In this document: positions 31,486 through 41,971 of the stretch, piece after piece | Layout: each line of letters opens with the position of its first letter | Numbering within the stretch: the stretch's first letter is position 1 | Source of the DNA: Candidatus Poribacteria bacterium | Lineage (GTDB): Bacteria > Poribacteria > WGA-4E > WGA-3G | Direction: 5' to 3' | Assembly (NCBI GenBank): GCA_965242965.1 | Contig: OZ251518.1 | Coordinates: 512,001 to 576,000 of the forward strand | DNA: 64,000 bases | Position numbers and translations under genes: made by a program | The notes under the pieces: generated by a model | Seen by the model: the letters and a program-made list of their open reading frames with translations, nothing else | Told to the model about the DNA's origin: nothing | The model's database searches: none

Positions 31486-33402
31486 CTACTTTTTGTCCTT
31501 CTTATCGTCGTCAACGACTTCGTATTCAGCGTCAACGACATCTTCGGCATCGGCACCGGCATCGGCTTCAGCATCGGCACCGGGTGGAGTTTCACCTGTC
31601 GCCTGCTGGTAAATCTGCGAGGAAGCCTCATGCCAGACCTGGGTGAGTGCCTCAGATGCGGCTTTGAGCTCCTCGTTGTTGTTCGCCGCCAATGCACTCT
31701 TGACGCGCTCAACAGCAGCGGAGACCTTTTCCTTCGTCGCATCGTCCACCTTATCGCCGAATTCCTGCAGGTTCTTCTCTGTCTCGTAGACGAGCGAGTC
31801 GGCGCGGTTACGGGTTTCAACTTCCTCCCGCTTCTGCTTATCCTCTTCGGCGTGTGCCTCGGCATCTTTCACCATCTGTTCGATCTCAGCATCGGTGAGG
31901 CCGGAGGAGGCAGTGATCGTAATCTTCTGCTCCTTGCCAGTTGCGGTGTCCTTGGCAGATACGTTGAGGATACCGTTGGCATCAATGTCAAACGTCACCT
32001 CAATCTGGGGCATGCCTCTCGGTGCAGGCGGCAGTTCTCCCAGACGGAACCGGCCGATAGTCTTGTTGTAAACCGCCTGCTCCCGTTCGCCTTGGAGGAC
32101 ATGCACGTCAACCGCTGTCTGGTTATTCTCGGCTGTCGTGAACGTCTGCGATTTCTTGGTAGGAATCGTGGTATTCTTCTCGATGAGCCGCGTGAACATG
32201 CCGCCGAGCGTCTCAATACCGAGCGACAGCGGAGTGACATCCAGCAACAAGATGTCTTTGACTTCGGAGTCGCCGGCAAGCACACCGCCCTGAATCGCGG
32301 CACCGATTGCGACTACCTCGTCCGGATTGACACCTTTGTGCGGTTCTTTCTCGAAGAGTTGCTTGACAGCCTCCTGCACCTTCGGCATCCGCGTCTGCCC
32401 ACCGACGAGGATGACTTCGTCAATATCCGATGGACTCATCTCGGCATCGTCAAGTGCCTGTCTGCACGGTGTGAGGGAACGCTCAACGAGTGCGTCTGTA
32501 ATCTGCTCTAATTTCGCGCGGGTGAGCGTCAAGTTGAGGTGCTTCGGGCCGCTTGCATCGACGGTGATAAACGGCAGGTTGATGTCTGTCTGCGGCGTGC
32601 TTGAGAGTTCACACTTCGCGGTCTCGGCGGCATCTTTCAGGCGTTGCAGTGCCATTCCATCGTTCCGAAGATCGATGCCATCACTGCTGAGGAATTCCTG
32701 CGCCATCCAGTCAATAACCGCCTGGTCAAAGTCATCGCCGCCGAGGTGCGTATCGCCGTTGGTGCTTTTCACCTCGAAGACACCGTCGCCGATTTCTAGG
32801 ATAGAGATGTCAAACGTGCCGCCACCCAGGTCATAGACAGCGATTTTCCGGTCGCCTTCGTTTTGCAGTCCATAGGCGAGAGATGCGGCGGTAGGTTCGT
32901 TGATAATCCGTTGGACTTCCAGCCCGGCGATTTTTCCTGCATCCGCCGTCGCTTGGCGTTGCGAGTCGTTGAAATATGCGGGGACGGTGATAACCGCCTG
33001 CGTGACTTCCTCGCCGAGGTATGCCTCCGCTGTTTCCTTCATCTTCCGCAGCACCAGCGCAGAGAGTTCGGGTGGCGAGTAATTTTTACCGTCAATGTTG
33101 ACGACGACATCTCCATCTGTGTCGCTTTTTAATTCATAAGGCACGCGGTTAGTGTCGTCACCAATCTCGCTGTATTTCCGCCCCATGAACCGTTTAATGG
33201 AAAAAATCGTGTTTTCAGGGTTCGTGATGGCTTGCCGTTTGGCGATTTGCCCAACGGGCCGCTCACCCTCTTTGGTAAACGCGACAACCGAGGGCGTGGT
33301 GCGATTGCCCTCCGTGTTTTCAATGACTTTGGCATCGCCGCTCTCTAACACAGCGACGCACGAATTCGTTGTGCCTAAGTCAATTCCGATGATTTTGCTC
33401 AT
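31486..33402 (-). CDS. dnaK: Chaperone DnaK (Hsp70)
   Basis: [27 protein letters not shown]-terminal DAEYEVV. Confidence 0.99.
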   Translation of the reverse strand: MSKIIGIDLGTTNSCVAVLESGDAKVIENTEGNRTTPSVVAFTKEGERPVGQIAKRQAITNPENTIFSIKRFMGRKYSEIGDDTNRVPYELKSDTDGDVVVNIDGKNYSPPELSALVLRKMKETAEAYLGEEVTQAVITVPAYFNDSQRQATADAGKIAGLEVQRIINEPTAASLAYGLQNEGDRKIAVYDLGGGTFDISILEIGDGVFEVKSTNGDTHLGGDDFDQAVIDWMAQEFLSSDGIDLRNDGMALQRLKDAAETAKCELSSTPQTDINLPFITVDASGPKHLNLTLTRAKLEQITDALVERSLTPCRQALDDAEMSPSDIDEVILVGGQTRMPKVQEAVKQLFEKEPHKGVNPDEVVAIGAAIQGGVLAGDSEVKDILLLDVTPLSLGIETLGGMFTRLIEKNTTIPTKKSQTFTTAENNQTAVDVHVLQGEREQAVYNKTIGRFRLGELPPAPRGMPQIEVTFDIDANGILNVSAKDTATGKEQKITITASSGLTDAEIEQMVKDAEAHAEEDKQKREEVETRNRADSLVYETEKNLQEFGDKVDDATKEKVSAAVERVKSALAANNNEELKAASEALTQVWHEASSQIYQQATGETPPGADAEADAGADAEDVVDAEYEVVDDDKKDKK

Positions 33403-33467
33403 GTTAAAATGTCCTTCCTCATAAACCAATTGTTATGGATACAGGGCTCTGCCCTATCCTAATGCTT

Positions 33468-33482
33468 GCAATATCTATGCCA
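33468..33482 (-). promoter_or_regulatory. Putative sigma-54 (-24/-12) promoter of dnaK
   Basis: Minus strand TGGCATAGATATTGC (GG-N10-GC). Confidence 0.65.
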
Positions 33483-33567
33483 ATAGAAAGTGGGCGTAAG
33501 CATGCCAAATTGGCACACGTAAAGAGCCGTTTGCCAATTTGACACGCTGTTCCAACCGCGCCTACCG

Positions 33568-34290
33568 TTAAGCGAACGGGAACGTGCCTTGATACCCGCG
33601 CGGGCGCGAGACGTGCCAAACGCCTTCATACATCGGGGTTACCTGATAGTGACAGACGACGTTGCTCCGTTCCATATCGTCGCGCTCCTTGGCACCTTGA
33701 TGCGGGATGTGGTTGATAAACACGACACAATCTCCCGCTTTCGGATGCAAGATGACATGCTCTTGCGCCTCGCACCACACCTCAAATTTAGGACGATCGA
33801 TGGGGTAAAGATGCGGGGGTTCAGACAGATGTCCGCCTTTGATAAACTTGAGGTGCCCTTCCCCCGGCGCGTTGTCCTGAAAATAGAAGGTGGTGTTGAT
33901 ACCGACGGGAGCCACTGCAAAAGCATGTTCATCGGCATACCGCTTTTCATGCCAGTAGCCGTAGAAATCCATGTGCCACTCCTGCAGGTAGGGACCGGGG
34001 TTGATATGCGCGCGGAGGCTCCGCAGTTGACACTGTTTGCCCATCAAACCTTCAAGGTAGGGCCGGACGCTCGGATGTCCAACGAGCGGCGCATACGTGT
34101 CCGGCTCCCGGTCCAGAAGCGTATCAAACCACATGTTCCCGACAGCGTTTAAACCTTCTTCCCAACCCTTCTCGCGGGCGTAGTTCACCCGATGTCGGAT
34201 ATGTGCTGTCTCCTCCGGTGACAGCGCGCCTTCTATCAGCAGGAAACCGTCCTGTTGCAATTGCACCAGTTGGTTTTTGATGTCTGCCAT
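33568..34290 (-). CDS. PhyH family dioxygenase
   Basis: QDGFLLI, WHMD, L.FIKGGH, AGD.VVF...IPH, R.NV. Confidence 0.86.
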   Translation of the reverse strand: MADIKNQLVQLQQDGFLLIEGALSPEETAHIRHRVNYAREKGWEEGLNAVGNMWFDTLLDREPDTYAPLVGHPSVRPYLEGLMGKQCQLRSLRAHINPGPYLQEWHMDFYGYWHEKRYADEHAFAVAPVGINTTFYFQDNAPGEGHLKFIKGGHLSEPPHLYPIDRPKFEVWCEAQEHVILHPKAGDCVVFINHIPHQGAKERDDMERSNVVCHYQVTPMYEGVWHVSRPRGYQGTFPFA

Positions 34291-34317
34291 CGTTTTATCT
34301 CCTTTGTCAAGTTTATT

Positions 34318-34743
34318 GAGGGTGTTTCATAAATCGTCCAACGTCGCGGGGGCCTGTCCCCCGCGCTACGATGAAAAAAACGCTTCCACTTCACGTAGCG
34401 AGGGCCCTCGCATGCCACACGCGCATGCGAGCGGGTTCCCCTCGCCATCGTTTTGCTGGCAGCCCGCCTCACCCCTGTAGGTCAGGATCGCCCGATCCAG
34501 ACCCGTTTGTGATCAGGCGATCACAAACTACAGATGGGGAAACACACATCGTGACGATGGAGTTCGCGCAATCCAACGATCGCGGGGGACAGGCCCCCGC
34601 GCTACGGGCGGAGAAAAACCCTACGGGAGAATCGAGATCAGGAGGTCTCTCCTACCCGAAGAAATCGAGACCCGAGGTCTCTTCTACCAGCAATAGCGCG
34701 GGGGCCTGCCATCGCGACGTTGAGCGATTTATGAAACATCCTC
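34318..34743. mobile_element. TIR-bounded REP mosaic element
   Basis: GAGGGTGTTTCATAA ... TTATGAAACATCCTC; flanks are similar but not identical (AAGTTTATT / CAGTTTAAT). Confidence 0.83.
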
Positions 34744-34747
34744 CAGT

Positions 34748-35476
34748 TTAATCGAGCGGCTCTAGCGGTTGGGCGTTCCCGAAAACCGGGGTCGGTCCGG
34801 CCACTGGTGCTGCCCATCTTGCCGCGTTCGCGATAACGCGCCGAACGTTTTCGTCATAGTAAATCGGATAGGTTTCGTGGCCGGGACGGAAGTAGAACAC
34901 TTTCCCTCTGCCGCGGTAGTAACAACAGCCGCTCCGGAAAACCTCGCCGCCGGGAAACCAGCTGATGAAAATCAGCGTATCCGGTTCCGGAATATCAAAG
35001 GGTTCGCCATACATTTCGGCGTGTTCAAGCTCAAAGTATTCGCCGAGCCCTTCCACGATAGGATGCCCGTGTTCGATAACCCAGAGGCGTTCCTTTTCTG
35101 CTGCCTCGCGCCATTTGAGGCTACACGACGTGCCCATCAAACGGGTGAACGGCTTTGAGTAGTGCGCGGAATGTAGGACGATGAGTCCCATCCCGTCTAG
35201 CACGCGTGCGCGCACTTTGTCAGCAACAGCATCTTCAACGGCACCGTGCGCCATGTGGCCCCACCAGACAAGCACATCGGTGTTCGCCAGCACAGCGTCG
35301 GTTAAGCCGTGTTCGGGTTCGTCTAACGTGGCGGTTTTCACATTAAACCCGCCTACGGCGTTGAGGCCATCGGCGATGACGGTGTGCATGCCGTCTGGAT
35401 AAATCGCGCGGATAGTCTCGTTCGTTTTCTCGTGTCGAAATTCATTCCAAACTGTAACCTGAATCGGTTGCGTCAT
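34748..35476 (-). CDS. thuA: ThuA-like (trehalose utilization) protein
   Basis: [43 protein letters not shown]. Confidence 0.9.
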   Translation of the reverse strand: MTQPIQVTVWNEFRHEKTNETIRAIYPDGMHTVIADGLNAVGGFNVKTATLDEPEHGLTDAVLANTDVLVWWGHMAHGAVEDAVADKVRARVLDGMGLIVLHSAHYSKPFTRLMGTSCSLKWREAAEKERLWVIEHGHPIVEGLGEYFELEHAEMYGEPFDIPEPDTLIFISWFPGGEVFRSGCCYYRGRGKVFYFRPGHETYPIYYDENVRRVIANAARWAAPVAGPTPVFGNAQPLEPLD

Positions 35477-35488
35477 AGGTTTCTCCTC

Positions 35489-36709
35489 TTAAAATTCCAA
35501 TTCTGTCTCTACGGTTGTCTCATAGTCAACGCCATCTACCTCGAATCCGAATAGGTTGCGGAAACGTCGCCGGAAGCCGGCATAGTCGGAGAGTTCGTGG
35601 AAGTTGTCGGTATTAATCTGGGCCCACCGCTCAGTCACCGCGGCTGTCACATCTTCCTGCAACTCCCGGTCGTCCAGTCGGATATAGCGTTCGCTGTCCA
35701 GTTGCGGCTGGAGGCCGGGACCGAGGTGCTGAGAAAAAAGCCGTTGCATCTGCTCGATCGGTGCCTCGTTGATACCTTGCGCGTTCATAATATCGTAGAG
35801 GATGCTGATGTAAAGCGGCACGACCGGAATCGCGGCGGATGCCTGCGTTACCACCGCTTTGTTCACAGAGATATAGGCGTGGCCGCCGAGTTCTTTCGCG
35901 AGACGTTCGTCCAGCGCGTCTACTCGTGCCTTCAGATCATCCTTCGCCTTGCCGATGGTGCCGTCCCGATAAATCGGCCACGTTAGAGGGCTGCCGATGT
36001 AGGTATAGGCGACAACCGTAACTTCTGGTGCGAGCAAACCTTCCTCTGTCAGTGCGGCTACCCACATCTCCAAGTCTTCGCCGCCCATCACGGCGATGGT
36101 GTCAGCGATTTCTGCCGCACTCGCAGGCTCTATTGTAACAGGGACGACTGCCTCGCGATTCAGATCGATGGTTTTGCCGGTATACGGCGCGCCGATCGGT
36201 TTCAGCACCGATTGATGCGAATCCCCAGTGCGCGGGTGGATGCGACGCGGCGCGGCAATGCTGTAGACAAGTATATCTAGCGGCCCGAGGTGCTCGCGGA
36301 TGCTGCCGATTGCCTCCTGCTTCATCTGATCGGAAAAGGCATCACCGTTGAGGCTCTCGGCGAAAAACCCGTCTTGGTTCGCCTGCCGATGGAAGGCGAC
36401 GGTGTTATAGTAGCCGGCACTCGCCGTGCGGCGGCTATCCGCGGGCCGCTCGTAAAGCAACCCTAGCGTTTTAGCACCGTAACCCCATGTCAATGCAATG
36501 CGCGAGGCGAGTCCATAGCCTGTTGACGCACCGATGACGAGCGCGTTTAATCCCTTATCCCCGGCGGCGCGCTTTGAAAGCACGCCGTTGTCGGCAAAAC
36601 CGCGTTGCACCACCTCGATCTGGTGTTGCACGTTCGCGTGGCATCCAGCGGGATGCGCGTTCGTGCAGATGAACCCACGGATGCGAGGTTTAACAATTTG
36701 AACTGCCAT
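35489..36709 (-). CDS. fabV: Enoyl-ACP reductase FabV / trans-2-enoyl-CoA reductase
   Basis: RGFICTNAHP.GC, GASTGYGLASR, VMGGED, Y..GTIG.AK, FGF. Confidence 0.95.
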   Translation of the reverse strand: MAVQIVKPRIRGFICTNAHPAGCHANVQHQIEVVQRGFADNGVLSKRAAGDKGLNALVIGASTGYGLASRIALTWGYGAKTLGLLYERPADSRRTASAGYYNTVAFHRQANQDGFFAESLNGDAFSDQMKQEAIGSIREHLGPLDILVYSIAAPRRIHPRTGDSHQSVLKPIGAPYTGKTIDLNREAVVPVTIEPASAAEIADTIAVMGGEDLEMWVAALTEEGLLAPEVTVVAYTYIGSPLTWPIYRDGTIGKAKDDLKARVDALDERLAKELGGHAYISVNKAVVTQASAAIPVVPLYISILYDIMNAQGINEAPIEQMQRLFSQHLGPGLQPQLDSERYIRLDDRELQEDVTAAVTERWAQINTDNFHELSDYAGFRRRFRNLFGFEVDGVDYETTVETELEF

Positions 36710-36727
36710 AGTTCCCTTGGTCCTCAG

Positions 36728-37189
36728 TTACGCCTCAATTTCCACAACCATCTCAACTTCAACGGGGATGCCGCCGGGCAGTTGCACCATGCCGACAGCA
36801 GAACGGGTATGCTTGCCTTTGTCGCCGAACACCTCAACGAAGAGATCGGAGGCACCGTTGACTACTGCAGGCTGGTCTGTGAAATCCGGTGCCGAGTTGA
36901 CGAACCCGACAACTTTCACCACCCGTTTGATCCTATCCAGATCTCCGAGCGCGTGCTTGAGGGTGCTCAGCAAACCGAGGGCGACTTGGCGCGCGGAGGC
37001 GTATCCCTCTTCGATTGTCGCATCCGTGCCGAGTTGACTTTTATAGATTGTGCCTTCGCCTGTCCCGGGTCCGTGCCCGGAGGTGAACACCAGATTGCCT
37101 GTCTGAACCGTGGTGACATAATTGGCGACAGGGACTGCAGGAGGTGGTAATTCCACACCTAATTCTTCAAGCCGTTTTTCTATTTCCAT
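36728..37189 (-). CDS. RidA/YjgF family protein
   Basis: PVANYV, VFTSG, NGASDL..EVFG..G.H.RSAVG..LP. Confidence 0.93.
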   Translation of the reverse strand: MEIEKRLEELGVELPPPAVPVANYVTTVQTGNLVFTSGHGPGTGEGTIYKSQLGTDATIEEGYASARQVALGLLSTLKHALGDLDRIKRVVKVVGFVNSAPDFTDQPAVVNGASDLFVEVFGDKGKHTRSAVGMVQLPGGIPVEVEMVVEIEA

Positions 37190-37349
37190 GAATTGATAAT
37201 GTCTCCTCTCAATTGCCGCGAGTGCGGCGTTTTGCATTCGTTTCTACTATTAAACAGCATTTCGCAAATTTTTTCAAGAAAATTTTATTTTTTCCAGAAC
37301 AAACAGATTTTTATTTGCATTCGGTTGCAAGATGTGGTATAATTAATAC

Positions 37350-37410
37350 GTGCGCAGATTCTATATTGGATCGGAGCCGTTGACTCTCCGGTCCAATCTG
37401 CGCACTTTTT
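37350..37410 (+). ncRNA. Candidate small RNA or attenuator hairpin
   Basis: TTGCAT-17-TATAAT (37315-37343), then a long bulged stem GTGCGCAGA..TCTGCGCAC and TTTTT. Confidence 0.4.
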
Positions 37411-37427
37411 CATTATTTCCCCTTGTG

Positions 37428-37845
37428 AAAAAACGCCTCCCCTTCACCGTAGGGCGAGGGCCTGTCCCTCGCCATGCAGCGATCGCGGGGGAAGTCCTCT
37501 CCAATGCGGGGGTTGATGTCTTCTGCCTGTCCCTCGCCATGCAGCGATCGCGGGGGACAGGCCCCCGCGCTACGGTAAAAAACGGTCTCCTTCTCCGTAG
37601 GGCGAGGACCCTCGGATGCCATACGCGCATCCGAGCGGGTTTCCCTCGCCATGCAGCGATCGCGGGGGACAGGCCCCCGCGCTACGGTAAAAAACGGTCC
37701 CTCGCCATGCGTTTTGCTACAGACCTCGTCTCCCCTGTAGTTCAGGATCGCCTGATCCTGACCCGTTCGGGAGCGGGCGCTCCCGAACTACAGAGGTAGG
37801 CCCGATGCCTGCCGGTAGGAGAGACCTCCTGGTCTCGATGCAATA
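37428..37845. repeat. REP-like palindrome mosaic
   Basis: Repeated CCCTCGCCATGCAGCGATCGCGGGGGACAGGCCCCCGCGCTAC units. Confidence 0.8.
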
Positions 37846-38019
37846 CCGTGATTAGTTGAGGGTGTTTGATAACTCCGTTTCGGTAGTTATCCCGCACCCC
37901 TGTAGGTCAGGATCGCCAGATCCTGACCCGTTCGGGAGCGGGTGCTCCCGAACTACAGAGGTGGACCCAATGCGCCCACCTCGCTTTTCTAGTTGAGTTT
38001 TTCAGTGAGGATAGTAGGC

Positions 38020-38316
38020 ATGAACTATAGAGACATTATCACCATTGAACCGGACAAGCGGAGCGGGCAGCCGTGCATTCGCGGCATGCGCATCACCGTT
38101 TACGATGTCCTTGAATATCTCGCTGCGGGGATGACGATAGCGGAAGTCCTTGACGATTTTCCGTATTTAACCGAGACAGACATTCGGGCGTGTCTCGCTT
38201 ACGCAGCGGACAGAGAGAAAGCACAGATGGTAGTTTACGCGAATGAAACTCCTCTTCGATCAAAACCTACGAAAAATGGGGCATCGCCGGTAGGACAGAC
38301 CTCCTTGTCTCAATAG
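38020..38316 (+). CDS. DUF433 family antitoxin
   Basis: ITIEPDKRSGQPCIRGMRITVYDVLEYLAAG..EVLDDFPYLTETDIRACLAYA. Confidence 0.92.
   Translation: MNYRDIITIEPDKRSGQPCIRGMRITVYDVLEYLAAGMTIAEVLDDFPYLTETDIRACLAYAADREKAQMVVYANETPLRSKPTKNGASPVGQTSLSQ
38243..38293 (+). pseudogene. 5' stub of a DUF5615 (PIN-like) toxin
   Basis: ATG AAA CTC CTC TTC GAT CAA AAC CTA = MKLLFDQNL, then repeat sequence and a stop. Confidence 0.65.
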
Positions 38317-38829
38317 GCTCCTCGGTAGGAGAGACCTCCCGGTCTCGATGTTCCCGTAGCGCGGGGGCCTTCGGATGCCATCCGCGCATCCGAGAGGGTT
38401 TCACCCGCAATCTCCATCGTCAAGTTATGTTTTTAGGTCCTTTAGGACCTACATGTCTATAGCAGCATGTGTCGTTCCGTTTTCAAGGGCCTTTAGGTCC
38501 TTAATAAAAACACGCGCGGCCCTGGCAAAAACTATTAAGGACCTAAAGGACCTTAGGGTTCTTCACTGGCGAGCGTGCTATAGACATTAAGGTCCTACGG
38601 ACCTAAGAGACGTTTTTTCATCGTAGTGCGGGGGCCCTCGGATGCCATATGCGCATGCGAGCGGGTTTCCCCCGTGAGCGTTGGATTACGCGGACGATGG
38701 CGAGGGACAGGCCCTCGCCCTACGATGAAGGGGGCTTTCTGCCGCCGCGGCCCCGGTAGGCGCGCCGCCCTATTGCATCGAGACCGGAAGGGCTCTCCTA
38801 CGGGGATTTATGAAACCCCCAGAATTAAT

Positions 38830-38858
38830 TTGACATTCTTAACAAAAAATGATATAAT
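38830..38858 (+). promoter_or_regulatory. Perfect consensus sigma-70 promoter with extended -10
   Basis: TTGACA-17-TATAAT with TGn, upstream of tcmP. Confidence 0.8.
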
Positions 38859-38903
38859 TTAACACAGTTAACGACGAACCGAACGTAAAAAGGAGGGTGA
38901 TTA

Positions 38904-39854
38904 ATGAATACCCGAGGACAGATGTTCGGCGGTCCCTGGACAGAGCATAAATTGGAATGCGTAAGGAAATACCTGCACGCCTACACAACGATTATGGCTA
39001 AGCAGCCCTTTCGTTTCGCTTACATCGATGCCTTCGCCGGAACCGGGTACCGTGAATTGAAACAAGATGAGGATATGGGGTCTGCCATGTTCCCCGAATT
39101 CGATTCTCCGGAGGTCGTTGATTTCCAACAGGGCTCAGCGCGGAATGCTTTGGAAGTAACACCGCCCTTCACGAAGTACATTTTCATAGAGAAAAACGCA
39201 AATCAACATGCCGAATTAGTGGAACTCAAAAGTGAGTTTTTGCTCAAGGAGGAGTTTTCAGAAGATAGCATTGAGTGTGTGCTCGGGGACGCAAACCGGT
39301 TTCTAAAAGATTTATGCCGGCCTGAGCGGGTCTGGCGCAAGCACCGTGCGTTGGTGTTTCTCGATCCCTTCGGAATGCAAGTGGAATGGGAAACGATTAG
39401 GGCAATTGCAAACACAAAAGCGATTGATTTATGGATACTATTTCCGGTCGGATCCGTAAATCGTCTGCTGAAAAATGATGGAGAAATCCACGCGCCTAAT
39501 CGCGAACGACTTGACATGTTTTTTGGCGAGGCTGATTGGTTTGAGGTGTTCTACCAACTCGCTGAGCAAATTTCGTTCTTCAGTCGAGAAGAACAAATCG
39601 CATTCTTCAATCGGGAAGAACATTGGCAAAAAACAGGTCATGTCTTCAAGGAAATTGAGCGATACTTCATGAGACGGCTAAGAAGCGTATTTGCAGGAGT
39701 AGCACCGCAACCGCTTTGGCTGCGTAACTCAAAAAATGTTCCGTTGTATCTGCTCTGCTTCGCCGCAGGAAACCCAAAGGGGGCACCAACGGCAGTCAAG
39801 ATTGCCCGGCATATCCTAAAGGGAATGCGGACCGGATCACAACTAACGTTTTAA
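38904..39854 (+). CDS. tcmP: Three-Cys-motif partner protein TcmP (SAM-MTase-like)
   Basis: GPWTEHKL..YL.AY, YIDAFAGTG, GSA..AL, FLDPFG; adjacent to DUF5131. Confidence 0.88.
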   Translation: MNTRGQMFGGPWTEHKLECVRKYLHAYTTIMAKQPFRFAYIDAFAGTGYRELKQDEDMGSAMFPEFDSPEVVDFQQGSARNALEVTPPFTKYIFIEKNANQHAELVELKSEFLLKEEFSEDSIECVLGDANRFLKDLCRPERVWRKHRALVFLDPFGMQVEWETIRAIANTKAIDLWILFPVGSVNRLLKNDGEIHAPNRERLDMFFGEADWFEVFYQLAEQISFFSREEQIAFFNREEHWQKTGHVFKEIERYFMRRLRSVFAGVAPQPLWLRNSKNVPLYLLCFAAGNPKGAPTAVKIARHILKGMRTGSQLTF

Positions 39855-39870
39855 ATATAAGGGAAACCCA

Positions 39871-40611
39871 ATGGCAGCCCAAACCTCAAAAATCGAATGG
39901 ACCGAATCCACCTGGAACCCCGTGCGCGGATGCACGCGAGTCTCAGAAGGATGCAGGTTCTGTTACGCCGAACGAATAGCAGCACGCTTTTCTGACGAAG
40001 GCATGGCTTATGAGGGCCTGGCGAAGAATACCCAAACCGGTCCGCGCTGGACGCAGGAAGTCAAGGTTGTCCGAGAAGTCTTTGAGGCACCCCTGAAATG
40101 GAGAAAACCGCGCCGAATCTTTGTCAATTCCATGAGCGACCTTTTCCATGAAAAGGTTGAGTTATCGGATATTCGGGAACTCTTCGCTATCATGGAAAAA
40201 GCGGATTGGCATCAATTCCAGATCTTGACGAAGCGTGCCGAACGACTCTTGGCATGCAACGCTGACTTGCCGTGGCCTTCCAATGTCTGGATGGGAGTGA
40301 GCGTTGAAGATGAGCGCGTGATGCATCGAATAGACGCGTTACGTCAAACCGATGCGCAAATCAAATTTCTCTCACTGGAACCGCTCATCGGCCCGCTGCC
40401 GAGTTTGGATTTAAGCGGGATAGACTGGGTCATCGTCGGTGGTGAATCCGGTCCGGGTGCACGTCCGATGGATAAAGAGTGGGTGCTTGCCATCCGAGAC
40501 AGGTGTGCTGAGGCAGAGGTGCCGTTTTTCTTTAAGCAGTGGGGTGGCGTGCGTAAATCGAAAACCGGGCGCGAGTTGGATGGGCGGTTTTATGATGAGA
40601 TGCCGGTATGA
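39871..40611 (+). CDS. DUF5131 / phage Gp37-Gp68 family protein (radical-SAM-like)
   Basis: IEWTESTWNP..GCTRVSEGCRFCYA, FVNSMSDLFH, LTKR, SLEPL, WVIVGGESG, FFFKQWGG. Confidence 0.93.
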   Translation: MAAQTSKIEWTESTWNPVRGCTRVSEGCRFCYAERIAARFSDEGMAYEGLAKNTQTGPRWTQEVKVVREVFEAPLKWRKPRRIFVNSMSDLFHEKVELSDIRELFAIMEKADWHQFQILTKRAERLLACNADLPWPSNVWMGVSVEDERVMHRIDALRQTDAQIKFLSLEPLIGPLPSLDLSGIDWVIVGGESGPGARPMDKEWVLAIRDRCAEAEVPFFFKQWGGVRKSKTGRELDGRFYDEMPV

Positions 40612-40615
40612 CTTT

Positions 40616-41168
40616 GTAGGAGAGCCCTCCTGGTCTCGATGCAATAGAACGGCGCACCCACCCGGGCAGCGGCGACAGAAAGCCCCCCTCCATCGTAGGG
40701 CGAGGGCCTGTCCCTCGCCATGCCTGGGGCACACGTGCGCGCATCCCCTCTGTAGGGCAGGATCGCCTGATCCTGCCTATTCAAGAGGGTGCTCCGGAAC
40801 GCAGGTCTCCTCAAGGTCCGTAGGACCTTAATGTCTATAGGACGCGCGGATGCAGTAGCCCTCAAGGTCCTTTAGGACCTTAATGTTCCCTGCTGCAGAT
40901 TAAGGACCTAAAGGACCTTAGTGTCTTTTTTTCGTCGGGAGGTTCTATAGACATGCAGGACCTAAAGGACCTGAAGAACGGGTCAGGAGCAGGTGCTCCT
41001 GCCCTATAGGGGGGAGGAGGCCTGGCAGCCAAATGCATGGCGAGGGACAGGCCCTCGCCCTACGTAAAGGGGATGCGTTTTTTTCATCGTAGCGCGGGGG
41101 CCTCGGATGCCATACGCGCATCCGAGCGGGTTTCCCCCGCGCCGTTGAGCGATTTATGAAACACCCTC
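40616..41168. repeat. REP mosaic ending in a right-hand TIR
   Basis: Same palindrome modules; TTATGAAACACCCTC at 41154-41168. Confidence 0.8.
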
Positions 41169-41461
41169 AGTTAAATATACGATTTTTACGATTTCTGGCG
41201 GATTTCGGGCAGAATTCGTAAAAAAAGGCGGGGATTCTGATTATCAGAATCCCCACCCGACGGGACAGGATCAGCTGTGGGATACCCCATACGCCGTAAA
41301 TGCGCCGTTGTTCGCAGTCCTGCCATGTTCTCCCACGGAATGGAATGTCGTAGAAAGGGACGTGGGGAGTTACAACGCCCGCCCCAGACTGTGATTCGCC
41401 TAAATCAACTATATCAATGCGTTAGAACAGACCGACTTTGCTGTCTGCCTACGATGTCAAT

Positions 41462-41971
41462 TCAAGAAATCCTAATAAACTCGACTCGTTCCCTAATATA
41501 ACCAGTAGGGGATTTTTGAGTTTCGTTCCTGTCAACCTGCCATTTTTGACCATCCACCCCTGGTAATAAATTAGGAACTGTTTCGCTCCCAAGTTTAACC
41601 ATTTGCTCATACGCAACAATGTGCATAGGTACCATGGAAATCGGATAGTCTACATACATGTAAGGTTTGTCAGGAAGTGTCCGCAATATCTGCTCATCTT
41701 CTGGAGAAAATTTTTCACCGAAAGACATTTTACTGTGCTCAATAGGATATTCAGCGGTGAGATGTGTGTGCCAAATATCGCCGGGAAGTTCGCGCCAGTT
41801 CTGATTGCGGTGATATCTCCTCTTATCCATTGCTAAATATCTCCTGTATAGGAAAATCCCACCACCAATAGTGCTGACCAATCCTGCAACAAGACTTTCG
41901 ACAAAAGATCTCGTGAAAACCTGACCACATACACTGGCAAAATCCATTAAAGCATTCGTGAGAAATTGCAT
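41462..41971 (-). CDS. Hypothetical protein with one TM helix (AT-richer DNA)
   Basis: AAGGAG RBS; its own promoter TTGACT-17-TATACT (42091-42063); no family recognised. Confidence 0.65.
   Translation of the reverse strand: MQFLTNALMDFASVCGQVFTRSFVESLVAGLVSTIGGGIFLYRRYLAMDKRRYHRNQNWRELPGDIWHTHLTAEYPIEHSKMSFGEKFSPEDEQILRTLPDKPYMYVDYPISMVPMHIVAYEQMVKLGSETVPNLLPGVDGQKWQVDRNETQKSPTGYIRERVEFIRIS

Larger units (their letters stand above)
37858..38822. mobile_element. Degenerate TIR-bounded mosaic enclosing a DUF433 gene
   Basis: GAGGGTGTTTGATAA (37858) ... TTATGAAACCCCCAG (38808-38822); flanks GATTAGTT / AATTAATT. Confidence 0.6.

Noticed and set aside
30783-31865. 360-aa ORF overlapping the dnaK 3' end
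   Set aside because: The extension is an alternative frame of dnaK; the paralogs define the start at 31388.
37350-37799. ORFs in repeat regions (VARGPVPR, RGTGPRPT, GEGQALALR peptides), also near 9805, 12953, 26441, 34371, 40439, 45945 and 55894
   Set aside because: They are translations of the REP palindromes, with no RBS or family support.
39871-40611. Prophage suggested by the Gp37/Gp68 annotation
   Set aside because: No integrase, structural or replication genes nearby.
41187-41335. 46-codon minus-strand ORF after GGAG (MAGLRTTAHL...)
   Set aside because: It runs through the terminator and palindrome and has no recognisable features; it cannot be supported.
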